Assembly: GCA_042216335.1 (NCBI GenBank)
Contig: JBDGTY010000005.1
Span: forward strand, 1-26,601
From: Candidatus Nanohalobium sp.
GTDB lineage: Archaea; Nanohalarchaeota; Nanosalinia; Nanosalinales; Nanosalinaceae
Reading direction: 5' to 3'
Length of the DNA stretch: 26,601 nt
Shown here: positions 1 through 7,711 of the stretch, one piece after another
Numbering within the stretch: position 1 is the first letter of the stretch
Layout of the letters: each line of letters starts with the position of its first letter
Translations under genes and position numbers: made by a program
Notes under the pieces: generated by a model
What the model saw: the letters and a program-made list of their open reading frames with translations, nothing else
The model's database searches: none
Told to the model about the DNA's origin: nothing

Positions 1-107
1 GCCTTCGGTGCGTCGATTGATTTGGATACCCGAGATACCGATGTTTCGCCGTTTTCCTCTAGGTATTCGTAGACTTCTCCTGCGAGCTCTCCTATGCGAC
101 TGTCCAT
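1..107 (-). CDS. Small winged helix-turn-helix protein (DUF2582-like), N-terminal part; runs off the window
   Basis: Hand translation MDSRIGELAGEVYEYLEENGETSVSRVSKSIDAPK resembles the IGE.AG.vw.yL.enGe.s pattern of DUF2582; not in the ORF track. Confidence 0.65.
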   Translation of the reverse strand, partial: MDSRIGELAGEVYEYLEENGETSVSRVSKSIDAPK

Positions 108-162
108 GAAGTTTGATTTGCATAGATGGTAAATAAATGTTATCTAAACCGGAGTCTATTGA

Positions 163-483
163 CTAAATCTCGAAAGATTCGATGATATTGCTAAGCGCCT
201 CCACCGTCTCCGGGTCGTACCTGATTTCATGACTGTCTTCTTCGTATTCCAGTGCACCCAGGTTCTCAAGATAGGATAAATCGCTGTGATGAAGTCTGGT
301 TCTGCTGACTGAAGTCTCCTCCGCAAGTTCATCAAGTGTAACGGAACCCGACTCGGTACTGTACAGAAAATCCACGACATCTCTCCTGGATTCAGACCCT
401 AGAACCCGGAAAACATCGGTGCTGTCGACATCCTTCAGGTTGCCCTGATCCAGGTACTCAGCGACACGGCCATCCTCAACCAT
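163..483 (-). CDS. Haloarchaeal-type wHTH/ArsR-like regulator (DUF7344-like)
   Basis: RRDVVDFL..VTLDELAE..LHHSDLSYLENLGALEY pattern; start moved to the ATG at 483 (MVEDG). Confidence 0.65.
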   Translation of the reverse strand: MVEDGRVAEYLDQGNLKDVDSTDVFRVLGSESRRDVVDFLYSTESGSVTLDELAEETSVSRTRLHHSDLSYLENLGALEYEEDSHEIRYDPETVEALSNIIESFEI

Positions 484-616
484 ATCAATCCATCTCATAC
501 AGAAGAACCAGGCCATGACAGATAAAAACTGTTACAACACACCACCTGTATCCACACCAGATGATTACCTCAGCGAAATCACCGAGTTTTTCAAAACACG
601 GAACCCTCCCATCAAC

Positions 617-1414
617 ATGGAAAATATACCGCAACTTGGCCTCGGCACATGGCAGAACGACAAACCCGGAGAATGCAGCAACGCAGTCAAGACCGCCCTC
701 AAGATGGGATACAACCACATCGACACAGCGCAGATATACGAGAACGAGGAACACGTAGGAAAAGGGATCGAGAAAGCCGAAGTCGACAGAGAAAAATTCT
801 TCTTGGCCTCAAAGGTCTGGATCGACCAGCTCGGCAGCGAGGAAAACGTGGTCTCCAGCACAGAGGAATCACTGGAGAAACTCGGGGTGGAAAAAGTCGA
901 CCTGATGTACGTCCACTGGCCATCCGGAGAATACCAGGCAGAAACCACGCTGAACGCTATGCAGAAACTAGTCGAAAAAGAAATGGCGGAAAACATCGGA
1001 GTCAGCAACTTTGAACCACAGCAATTAGATGAGGCCATGAAGATCGCAGGAGATGACATAATAGCCAACCAGGTCGAGATGCACCCACTGCTCCAGCAGG
1101 AAAAACTGCTTGAAAAATGCAGAGAACACGACATCACCCTCGTGGCCTACTCACCGCTTGCCCGCGGAGAAGTCTTCGACATCCCGGAAATTCAGGAAAT
1201 CGCCAATAAACACGACGTATCAGAGGCACAGGTCTCACTGGCATGGCTGATGCAGAAAGACGGCGTCGTAGCCATACCAAAGGCAACCTCCGAAGACCAC
1301 ATCAGAGACAACTTAGAGGCCCAGGAGCTCGAACTTGAAGAGGAGGACATCGAGAAGATCGAATCGATCGAAAGAGAGGAGCGCATGGTCGACCCAGGGT
1401 TCGCTCCCTGGTAA
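617..1414 (+). CDS. Aldo/keto reductase
   Basis: LGLGTW, HIDTAQIYENE, SKVW, DLMYVHWP, IGVSNF, AYSPLARG and IPKA motifs; likely start ATG at 617 (MENIPQLGLG). Confidence 0.95.
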   Translation: MENIPQLGLGTWQNDKPGECSNAVKTALKMGYNHIDTAQIYENEEHVGKGIEKAEVDREKFFLASKVWIDQLGSEENVVSSTEESLEKLGVEKVDLMYVHWPSGEYQAETTLNAMQKLVEKEMAENIGVSNFEPQQLDEAMKIAGDDIIANQVEMHPLLQQEKLLEKCREHDITLVAYSPLARGEVFDIPEIQEIANKHDVSEAQVSLAWLMQKDGVVAIPKATSEDHIRDNLEAQELELEEEDIEKIESIEREERMVDPGFAPW

Positions 1415-1415
1415 A

Positions 1416-1811
1416 TTACTGTTCTTCTATCCTGTAGAGCTCCATCCAGCCGTCTCCGAACTTTGAAGCGTTGTCCTGGTACCGGAGGTAGAGGAAGTAT
1501 GTATCTTTTCCTAATGACTTGATGTCTCTGAATGTGTGGATGACTCCGTCGTGTTTCAGGCCCTGAATTCTCTCTTCCTCTCTGGTGCCGTTGAAGTTGT
1601 AGTAATACTTTGCTTTCTTGAAGTTCTCGTACGTGAGGCCCAGCGTCTTGTTGTCGAAGTTAACTGTTTCCTCCGAGTTCTCGTCATCAACCCTGAGGCT
1701 CAGGTCGCGGCTGAACGTGTTTTCACCTGTAAACTGGCTGTGGATGGTGAATCCTGCTCCAACTGAAAGCATGAACGCAGCGACAACTACAAGAAAATCT
1801 TGATTTCTCAC
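1416..1811 (-). CDS. Hypothetical exported or membrane-anchored protein
   Basis: N-terminal hydrophobic helix (FLVVVAAFMLSVGAGF) followed by a soluble domain. Confidence 0.65.
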   Translation of the reverse strand: MRNQDFLVVVAAFMLSVGAGFTIHSQFTGENTFSRDLSLRVDDENSEETVNFDNKTLGLTYENFKKAKYYYNFNGTREEERIQGLKHDGVIHTFRDIKSLGKDTYFLYLRYQDNASKFGDGWMELYRIEEQ

Positions 1812-1863
1812 ATTTTAATTTTTCTAGTGAAGACTTTTAACCGGTTACATCAATAACTAATTT

Positions 1864-2463
1864 ATGAACTTAATCGTAGAAGCCTACTCAATAGCCACAC
1901 TTTTGATGCTTCTATTCATAATTTCAGCAATATCCGGGTCGATTCTCTATAGGTACGGGTATCTCCGTAAATGGAAGGAGATAGAGGAACTATTCCAAGA
2001 ATACTGGAAAGAGCTAAGCTTGTTAATAGCGATACTAGCGACTTTAGGGAGCCTATACCTGTCTAACATCGAGTATATGCTAGTGTTTAGGAATGGGTTT
2101 CTAGAAATAGTGAAAAGACCATTGACTGGTGGGAGCCGTGTCTGGACACCCTGCCGTCTCTGCTGGTTTCAGAGGATTCTGATGTATCCACTTGTCTTAC
2201 TGTTCGGGGTTTCCTGGCTGCTTGACACAGATGTAGCAGAATACGCTGTTCCAATGGCCACTATTGGCGGAGGAATCGCTGCTTACCATTACATGATTCA
2301 GAGAATAGAGCAGTTCCACTCAGCAGGGTGCTCAATTATGCAGGTCAGCTGCGACACCGAATACACCTTCTACATGGGAATAGTTACCATACCATTCATG
2401 GCATTCACCGCTTTCCTGGGAATACTGCTCCTCAACTGGAAGTTTGGGGACTCAGAGCTCTAA
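1864..2463 (+). CDS. dsbB: Disulfide bond formation protein B (DsbB/BdbC family)
   Basis: GSLY..PCRLCWFQRILMYP motif, second Cys pair (GCSIMQVSC), TIPFMA, several TM helices. Confidence 0.9.
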   Translation: MNLIVEAYSIATLLMLLFIISAISGSILYRYGYLRKWKEIEELFQEYWKELSLLIAILATLGSLYLSNIEYMLVFRNGFLEIVKRPLTGGSRVWTPCRLCWFQRILMYPLVLLFGVSWLLDTDVAEYAVPMATIGGGIAAYHYMIQRIEQFHSAGCSIMQVSCDTEYTFYMGIVTIPFMAFTAFLGILLLNWKFGDSEL

Positions 2464-2532
2464 ATAAGGTGAGTTAATTCAACCACAAATATTTTGTATT
2501 TTCAGCGCCCGGCTGTTGTTATGACTAACTCC

Positions 2533-2706
2533 ATGGCTTTAAGGAGGCCAGATTATCCAATCGATGAGAAAGACAGCCTGAAGAAGGATACCGGAGAGAA
2601 TTCTGAAAATGTAGAGCTTGGGGGCGTCTGGAACGATGTTTCAACCGGCGATGAAGATATTGAAGAAGCTAAAACTTCTCTGTGGAGAGGTTGTATGATA
2701 GAATAA
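2533..2706 (+). CDS. Small acidic hypothetical protein
   Basis: Acidic short ORF; start uncertain (2494, 2521 or 2533). Confidence 0.35.
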   Translation: MALRRPDYPIDEKDSLKKDTGENSENVELGGVWNDVSTGDEDIEEAKTSLWRGCMIE

Positions 2707-2718
2707 TCTGGTGATATA

Positions 2719-3318
2719 ATGGTAGAAGACAATTTTCTGGAAGATAAGGAAGTCGTTCTTGAAAGCATGGAAGTAGATCCATTTAGAGACTGGGGAGACT
2801 GGTACGGAAAAGAAGGAGAAGCCGTGGTGACATTTGAAACGATGCAGCACAAGTTGTGGAACTCGTCGAGCAACCAGTGCGTGGAGATCAGGAAGTACAA
2901 CGAGAATGGAGAGGAGATAAAGCCGGAAGACTTCGAAGGCATACAGGAATATTCCGAAGCATCCAACAATGCCGAAAAAACAGAGAGAATAGTCGAGCCT
3001 GAAAACTTCGAATATAGCAAAGTTAAGGAGCCTGGCATATACCGCGACGGCACATATTACGATGAAGAAGATTCTGTCGATGAAGGATACACGATAATAG
3101 TGCCTTACAGCTTTCTAAATCCGGAAATGTGTCGAGAATACATCCGGAAACTTAACCAGAAGTTCGACAGGAACTTCAAACTGGAAATCCAGGAAAGACA
3201 GAAACCGCCACTCTCTGAACTCAAAAGGATGAAAGCAACTATCAAGAGAAAGGAAATCAGCCAGGAAAAGAATGAAAACCTTGAGCAGATTCTTCAGGAA
3301 ATTCTTGACGAACTCTAG
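2719..3318 (+). CDS. Hypothetical protein
   Basis: 199-aa acidic ORF with a GGTGAT SD-like site upstream. Confidence 0.7.
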   Translation: MVEDNFLEDKEVVLESMEVDPFRDWGDWYGKEGEAVVTFETMQHKLWNSSSNQCVEIRKYNENGEEIKPEDFEGIQEYSEASNNAEKTERIVEPENFEYSKVKEPGIYRDGTYYDEEDSVDEGYTIIVPYSFLNPEMCREYIRKLNQKFDRNFKLEIQERQKPPLSELKRMKATIKRKEISQEKNENLEQILQEILDEL

Positions 3319-5639
3319 ACTCTGAAAACCTTCCTCTCCTCTTCCTCCTCTTCAACCTCCTCCGGGCTTTCATCGACCTCGACTTTCTCGATGTCAAGTT
3401 CTGTGAAGAAAGTCGAAGACCGGTCTTCCTCGGCCGTGATGTAAAGATACTGTTCGGCTCGGGTCATCGCGACGTACATCAGCCGGCGTTCTTCATCGTA
3501 CTCTCCTGAGAGACACTTTTCCAGTATCTCGGTCCGCCAGTTGTCGAAGCTGTACGCGTAGTCGTTTCTCAGGTATTTTTTTCTCTGGCGGAGACCGATC
3601 GGATCCTTGTAGGTTATGTTTGGCGAGAAGCTGTTTGTTGAGGGGAACTTGGACTGGTTGACGTCCGAAATGAAGACGACAGGATACTCCAGGCCCTTGG
3701 CGGCGTGGATGGTCTGTATCGTTACTGCGTTTTCGCTGCCGGTGCTGTCGACTTCGTAAATCTCTCCTTCCTCGATATTGTCCTCGATAAAGTTGATGAG
3801 CTGCCCCAGGTTCATGTAAGTCGAACTGAACGTCTCACCAAGCACCTCGATGATCTTCTCGGTAAAGCCGTTCCTGTAGCCGTATCTCTCGAAGACTTTC
3901 TCGGCGACTGCCTCGACCGAATCAGTTTTCTGGAGCTCCACCTCGAACTTCAGCATGTTCTTCGGGTAGTTTCCGTCCTTGACGATTTCCTCGGCTTCAT
4001 CCAGTTTGTAACCTGCCTCTTCCAGCACTACGGCCCAGCCCTTCCGGTTCTGACGGTTCTGGAGGATGCGGAGCCATGCCAGCAGCATAATCGCAGGATT
4101 AGTGGTGAAGAGTTCGACTCCTCCCTCGTAGGCCGCGGGGATATTATGTTTCCGGGCCTCGTTCTGCAGATCCAGGCCGAAGCTCCGCGTCCGGGCCAGA
4201 ACAGCCATGTCGCTGTAATCAAATCCTTCCGAACGCAAATCCTCCGAATTTGCTCCAGGAAGAGTCGCAGAACCTTCCGCCCTCATCTCCTGAATCTTAG
4301 CCAGCACCGCCTCTATCTCGTCCTCAGATTCAATCCTCAGTACTTCACCCACCTCGTCGACCTCGGACTCCAGAGATGTTATCTCCGGCGTCTCCGGGTT
4401 CTCCCTGTCGTTTGCGGGGAGTGAGAGAGATTGCTCAGCTTTTTCCAGTATCTCCTGAGTGGAGCGATAATTCTTCTTAAGTTCGATCCTCTCCACTTTT
4501 TCCGGCGAGAAGCTAACTCTCTCCTGACTTCCGTTAAGCTCCTCCGCGTACTTCCCCAGCCTTTCCTCGAACTCAAGTATGTTTTCGACAGCAGCGTACT
4601 GGAACGAGTAGATTGACTGTTTCCAGTCACCGACCACGCAGAAGTTAGGCTTATCGGCGAGAAGCAGCGCGAGCTTGAACTGTATCTCATTGGTGTCCTG
4701 GAACTCGTCGATCATGATATAGTCGAAGCCCTCGTCCTTCCTGACCTCAGGACGCCTGTAGAGCAGAGCGTAGGTCAGCACCATCAGAAAGCTGAAGTTA
4801 AGGTAGTTGCGGGAAAGACAGTACTCCAGATACTCGGTGTACAGGTCGTGAAGAAAACCTTTCAACTCTCCCCTGTCCTCCTGGAACGCTTTCTCGCAAA
4901 AATCCTTTCTCACCTGCTTGGTGCCGTAACCGCCACGCACATCGTCGATGGAAGGGGCCTCGGGCTCGAAGTTCTTCCACTTGTAGCTGTAGAGCCGCCT
5001 TCTCAACTCGCTCTGTTTCTGCCCTCCGTTCTCCTCGACAGGCCTGTTCTTTTCTTTGAAAAGTTCCTTGAACTCCTCGAAGTCGCCGTCAAGGTACTTC
5101 TCGGTGTCGCCGAACCACGAATCATCTTCAGGCATGATGCCCTTGGAGGCGATGGATTTCAGCAGAGACAGAAGGTTGGAGTCATCCCTGACAATCCTGA
5201 ATAGATCGCTGTATTTCTCATGTCGCTGCTTGAAGTCGCCGATGAACTCCTGGAACTCCTGGCGCTCCCTGATCTGACTCTCCATCACCTGAACGTTCTC
5301 AGTCAGGTGCTCATCGATGCCCAGCAGCTGAGGCGCCTCATGGCCGTTCCGCTCCAGTATCTTCTGGCAGTGAGCGTGGAAAGTCGAAATCGGGGAGTTG
5401 AAAATCTCCGAAGCCCTGTAATCCGACTTCTGGGAGATACGCTCCTTCATCTCATCTGCCGCGTTACGTGTAAAAGTCGCCAGAAAGATATCCTCAGGCT
5501 CCTGATCCTCCAGAATATTAATGTATCTGCGTGTAATAGTAAAAGTCTTGCCGGTCCCGGCCCCTGCATCAACCAGGTAGATTCCCTCAGTGTTCTCTAT
5601 CAGTTCCTGCTGTTGCTCGTTCGGAGAGAATTCTGTCAT
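3315..5639 (-). CDS. UvrD/REP (AddA-like) SF1 DNA helicase
   Basis: AGAGTGKT, TFTRNAA, STFHA, IDEFQDTN, VGDWKQSIYSF, NYRS, TIHAAKGLEY and EERRLMYVAMTRA motifs. Confidence 0.95.
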   Translation of the reverse strand: MTEFSPNEQQQELIENTEGIYLVDAGAGTGKTFTITRRYINILEDQEPEDIFLATFTRNAADEMKERISQKSDYRASEIFNSPISTFHAHCQKILERNGHEAPQLLGIDEHLTENVQVMESQIRERQEFQEFIGDFKQRHEKYSDLFRIVRDDSNLLSLLKSIASKGIMPEDDSWFGDTEKYLDGDFEEFKELFKEKNRPVEENGGQKQSELRRRLYSYKWKNFEPEAPSIDDVRGGYGTKQVRKDFCEKAFQEDRGELKGFLHDLYTEYLEYCLSRNYLNFSFLMVLTYALLYRRPEVRKDEGFDYIMIDEFQDTNEIQFKLALLLADKPNFCVVGDWKQSIYSFQYAAVENILEFEERLGKYAEELNGSQERVSFSPEKVERIELKKNYRSTQEILEKAEQSLSLPANDRENPETPEITSLESEVDEVGEVLRIESEDEIEAVLAKIQEMRAEGSATLPGANSEDLRSEGFDYSDMAVLARTRSFGLDLQNEARKHNIPAAYEGGVELFTTNPAIMLLAWLRILQNRQNRKGWAVVLEEAGYKLDEAEEIVKDGNYPKNMLKFEVELQKTDSVEAVAEKVFERYGYRNGFTEKIIEVLGETFSSTYMNLGQLINFIEDNIEEGEIYEVDSTGSENAVTIQTIHAAKGLEYPVVFISDVNQSKFPSTNSFSPNITYKDPIGLRQRKKYLRNDYAYSFDNWRTEILEKCLSGEYDEERRLMYVAMTRAEQYLYITAEEDRSSTFFTELDIEKVEVDESPEEVEEEEEERKVFRV
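4225..4279. repeat. 48-bp in-frame hairpin insertion flanked by the 7-bp direct repeat CCTTCCG, inside the UvrD gene
   Basis: CCTTCCG at 4225-4231 and 4273-4279; internal inverted repeat GCAAATCC-TCC-GAATTTGC (4235-4253). Confidence 0.6.
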
Positions 5640-6187
5640 CTATCTTCATCACTTCCATCTGGTATCGTGAACTGCTTCAGGTCCTCATACAGCAGGTTTT
5701 CGGGATGTTCGCTCCACCACTTTACTTCCTCGATTTCACTTTGCTGTGGCTCAGGTTCGCCTGAGACGTGCTTCCCTCTGAAGACTACGAGCAGGTTGTA
5801 GATATGTTTGTCTTCGTCATCTCTGTGCTGTAGTTTGACTTTGTCAACTGTTTCTATCCCTGTGATTTCAGCTTTGACTCCTGCTTCTTCCTCAGTTTCT
5901 CTTTTAGCGGTTTCTTCAAAACTTTCGCCATCTTCGTGATGGCCGCCAGGGTCTCCCCAAGAATCATCACTCTTGTTCTTCACGAGAAGCACCTGCCCTG
6001 TGTTATTCGTTAGCCAGATGCCTGCGCCGCCGTAACCACCGTTCCTGAAGTTCTCTAACTCGGTCTCAAATCCCTCTTCAGAAACTTCCCACGTATTCTC
6101 GCCAACCTGAAAATCCTCATACCGCTCCCTCAAGTCGTGAATAAGCTCGTCAACTTTTTCCTCAGAAAGTTTTTGCACTTCGTCCAT
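5636..6187 (-). CDS. Nudix hydrolase
   Basis: Intact Nudix box PGGHHEDGESFEETAKRETEEEAG; stop overlaps the UvrD start (ATGA); likely start MDEVQK at 6187. Confidence 0.9.
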   Translation of the reverse strand: MDEVQKLSEEKVDELIHDLRERYEDFQVGENTWEVSEEGFETELENFRNGGYGGAGIWLTNNTGQVLLVKNKSDDSWGDPGGHHEDGESFEETAKRETEEEAGVKAEITGIETVDKVKLQHRDDEDKHIYNLLVVFRGKHVSGEPEPQQSEIEEVKWWSEHPENLLYEDLKQFTIPDGSDEDR

Positions 6188-6252
6188 AAACTGGATAACT
6201 TGAGAAAAGGTTATGTTTTCTGTGGCGCAAAATTCCGGTAGAATCACTAAAG

Positions 6253-6285
6253 TTTTAAATCTTTACAACCTTTACAGTATTTACA
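6253..6285 (+). promoter_or_regulatory. TATA box plus three TTTACA direct repeats (putative antitoxin operator)
   Basis: TTTTAAAT at 6253-6260; TTTACA at 6262, 6271 and 6280 (9-bp period) directly before the ATG at 6286. Confidence 0.6.
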
Positions 6286-6477
6286 ATGGCAGCGACGAAA
6301 AGGATCCCGGTTTCGGAGGAGACGTGGAAGAAGCTGGGCGAGGACAAGGAACCAGGTCAGACCTGGGATGAACTTCTTGAGGAGATGCGGATCGAGAAGG
6401 AGAAGTCCGAACTGGCCGAGAAGATTGACAAAGCTGAGGAAGGAGAGCTAGAGACAGTGTCGCTGGATGAAGTATGA
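6286..6477 (+). CDS. Antitoxin, RHH-like DNA-binding protein
   Basis: TKRIPVSEETWKKL..K.PGQTWDELL archaeal antitoxin pattern; overlaps the downstream RelE-like gene. Confidence 0.75.
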   Translation: MAATKRIPVSEETWKKLGEDKEPGQTWDELLEEMRIEKEKSELAEKIDKAEEGELETVSLDEV

Positions 6478-6757
6478 GATAAGGATAGATCTAGATGCAC
6501 GAGACTTTCTTCAGTCGCTTGACTCCAAGAGCAAAGGCATAGTGAAGAGGAACTTGCGGAAACTTCAGGAGAATCCATATCCACGGCCTCAAAACGATAT
6601 CGGCGATGTCGAAAAAGTAACAGTAAAAGGAAGGGAAGTCTACAGAATGCATATCTCAAGGAGCTACACTGCCTTCTACACCATCAACGAAGAAAAAGAG
6701 AACGTAGTTGTCACAGAGATCGTGGACATCGACAAAGCCCACAAGATGTATGATTAA
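6467..6757 (+). CDS. RelE/ParE family toxin
   Basis: YEI.....A..FL.SLD.....V...L..L.ENPYP and YRMHISRSYTAFYTI..VVVTEI. Confidence 0.85.
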   Translation: MKYEIRIDLDARDFLQSLDSKSKGIVKRNLRKLQENPYPRPQNDIGDVEKVTVKGREVYRMHISRSYTAFYTINEEKENVVVTEIVDIDKAHKMYD

Positions 6758-7656
6758 TCAGTCTGAGCGACTGGCAGGTATTTTCCTTGGGCTATTGCGA
6801 TAGCGCCTAGTACTCCCAGTTTCTCCTTTTCTTTGGAAATTTTCATCTCTGGGACCGGGTTGATTGTTTTCTCTTCCACTTTCTGGAATGTTTTTTCCAT
6901 GAATTCAGGGTTCTCTGTTGCTACAAATCCTGTGAAAGTGATCTTTTCCGGTGCATAGGTATCGATTATGGTTGCTATACCTCGGGCGTTTAGTTCGGCC
7001 AGATGATTGATGAACTCAGATGTGTCGCCAGCCTGCGATCTTTTCAGGACCTCCCTCGCATCCATGCCGATTTCGAGACCTGTCTCTTCCTCGGTGGATT
7101 CCAGCCAATCTTCCATGTAGTCCGGCATTAGTTCTCCGCCGACGGCTTCATCCCATATAGCGTTCTCTGAGACTTGGATCCCTGCTGGTTCCGGACTACT
7201 TCCGTCTTCCCTGCTTCCGAGAAGCCAGCCAGAGTAAAACACTCCTCCACCTATCCCATCATCAAGTAGTATAGTCACCAGATTTTCTTTTTCCTGTCCC
7301 TCCCCAAACTCTTTTTCACCGATCACGGCAGCATTAGCATCATTTTCTACGTAAAATTGGGTATCAAGTTGCTTCAGTTCCGTAAACTCCAGTTCTTCAA
7401 GCGAGTAAGATTCCCTCATTTTCTTCTCTTCAGGGTTTACAAGCCCTGAGACCGCCAACCCGATAGACTTGACATCTTCCAAAGAACGGTTGAAATTCCG
7501 TAAGCTGTCCTCCAACAGTTCTATCAAGCCATCTTCAGACCAGTATTCCTTCCGATCCACACTGAAAACGTCTGAAGCCAGGCCCTTATCATCTCCTAAT
7601 CCAACTCTAACAGTTGAAGGCCGAACATCGATTCCTAGGTAAAGCTCTTCTGCCAT
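6754..7656 (-). CDS. ROK family protein (sugar-kinase fold, degenerate motifs)
   Basis: LGIDV, IGLAVSGLV, VENDANAAVIGE..FG.G, DGIGGG and GVLGA; likely start MAEELY at 7656. Confidence 0.85.
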   Translation of the reverse strand: MAEELYLGIDVRPSTVRVGLGDDKGLASDVFSVDRKEYWSEDGLIELLEDSLRNFNRSLEDVKSIGLAVSGLVNPEEKKMRESYSLEELEFTELKQLDTQFYVENDANAAVIGEKEFGEGQEKENLVTILLDDGIGGGVFYSGWLLGSREDGSSPEPAGIQVSENAIWDEAVGGELMPDYMEDWLESTEEETGLEIGMDAREVLKRSQAGDTSEFINHLAELNARGIATIIDTYAPEKITFTGFVATENPEFMEKTFQKVEEKTINPVPEMKISKEKEKLGVLGAIAIAQGKYLPVAQTD

Positions 7657-7711
7657 ATTGACAGAACCTGAACTGACGGTTAATAATTTTTGCTTCAACA
7701 TTCAACCAGAA

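Noticed and set aside
1792-1808. AGAAAATC-TT-GATTTCT palindrome
   Set aside because: Imperfect and within the first codons of a CDS; could be chance.
2494-3318. Single gene interrupted by an in-frame TAA at 2704-2706
   Set aside because: The two ORFs share a frame, but the second has its own GGTGAT SD and ATG, and no homology supports a fusion.
4225-4279. BHB mRNA intron in the UvrD gene
   Set aside because: No 4-bp helix flanked by two 3-nt bulges was found at the borders, and the frame is open; kept as an insertion instead.
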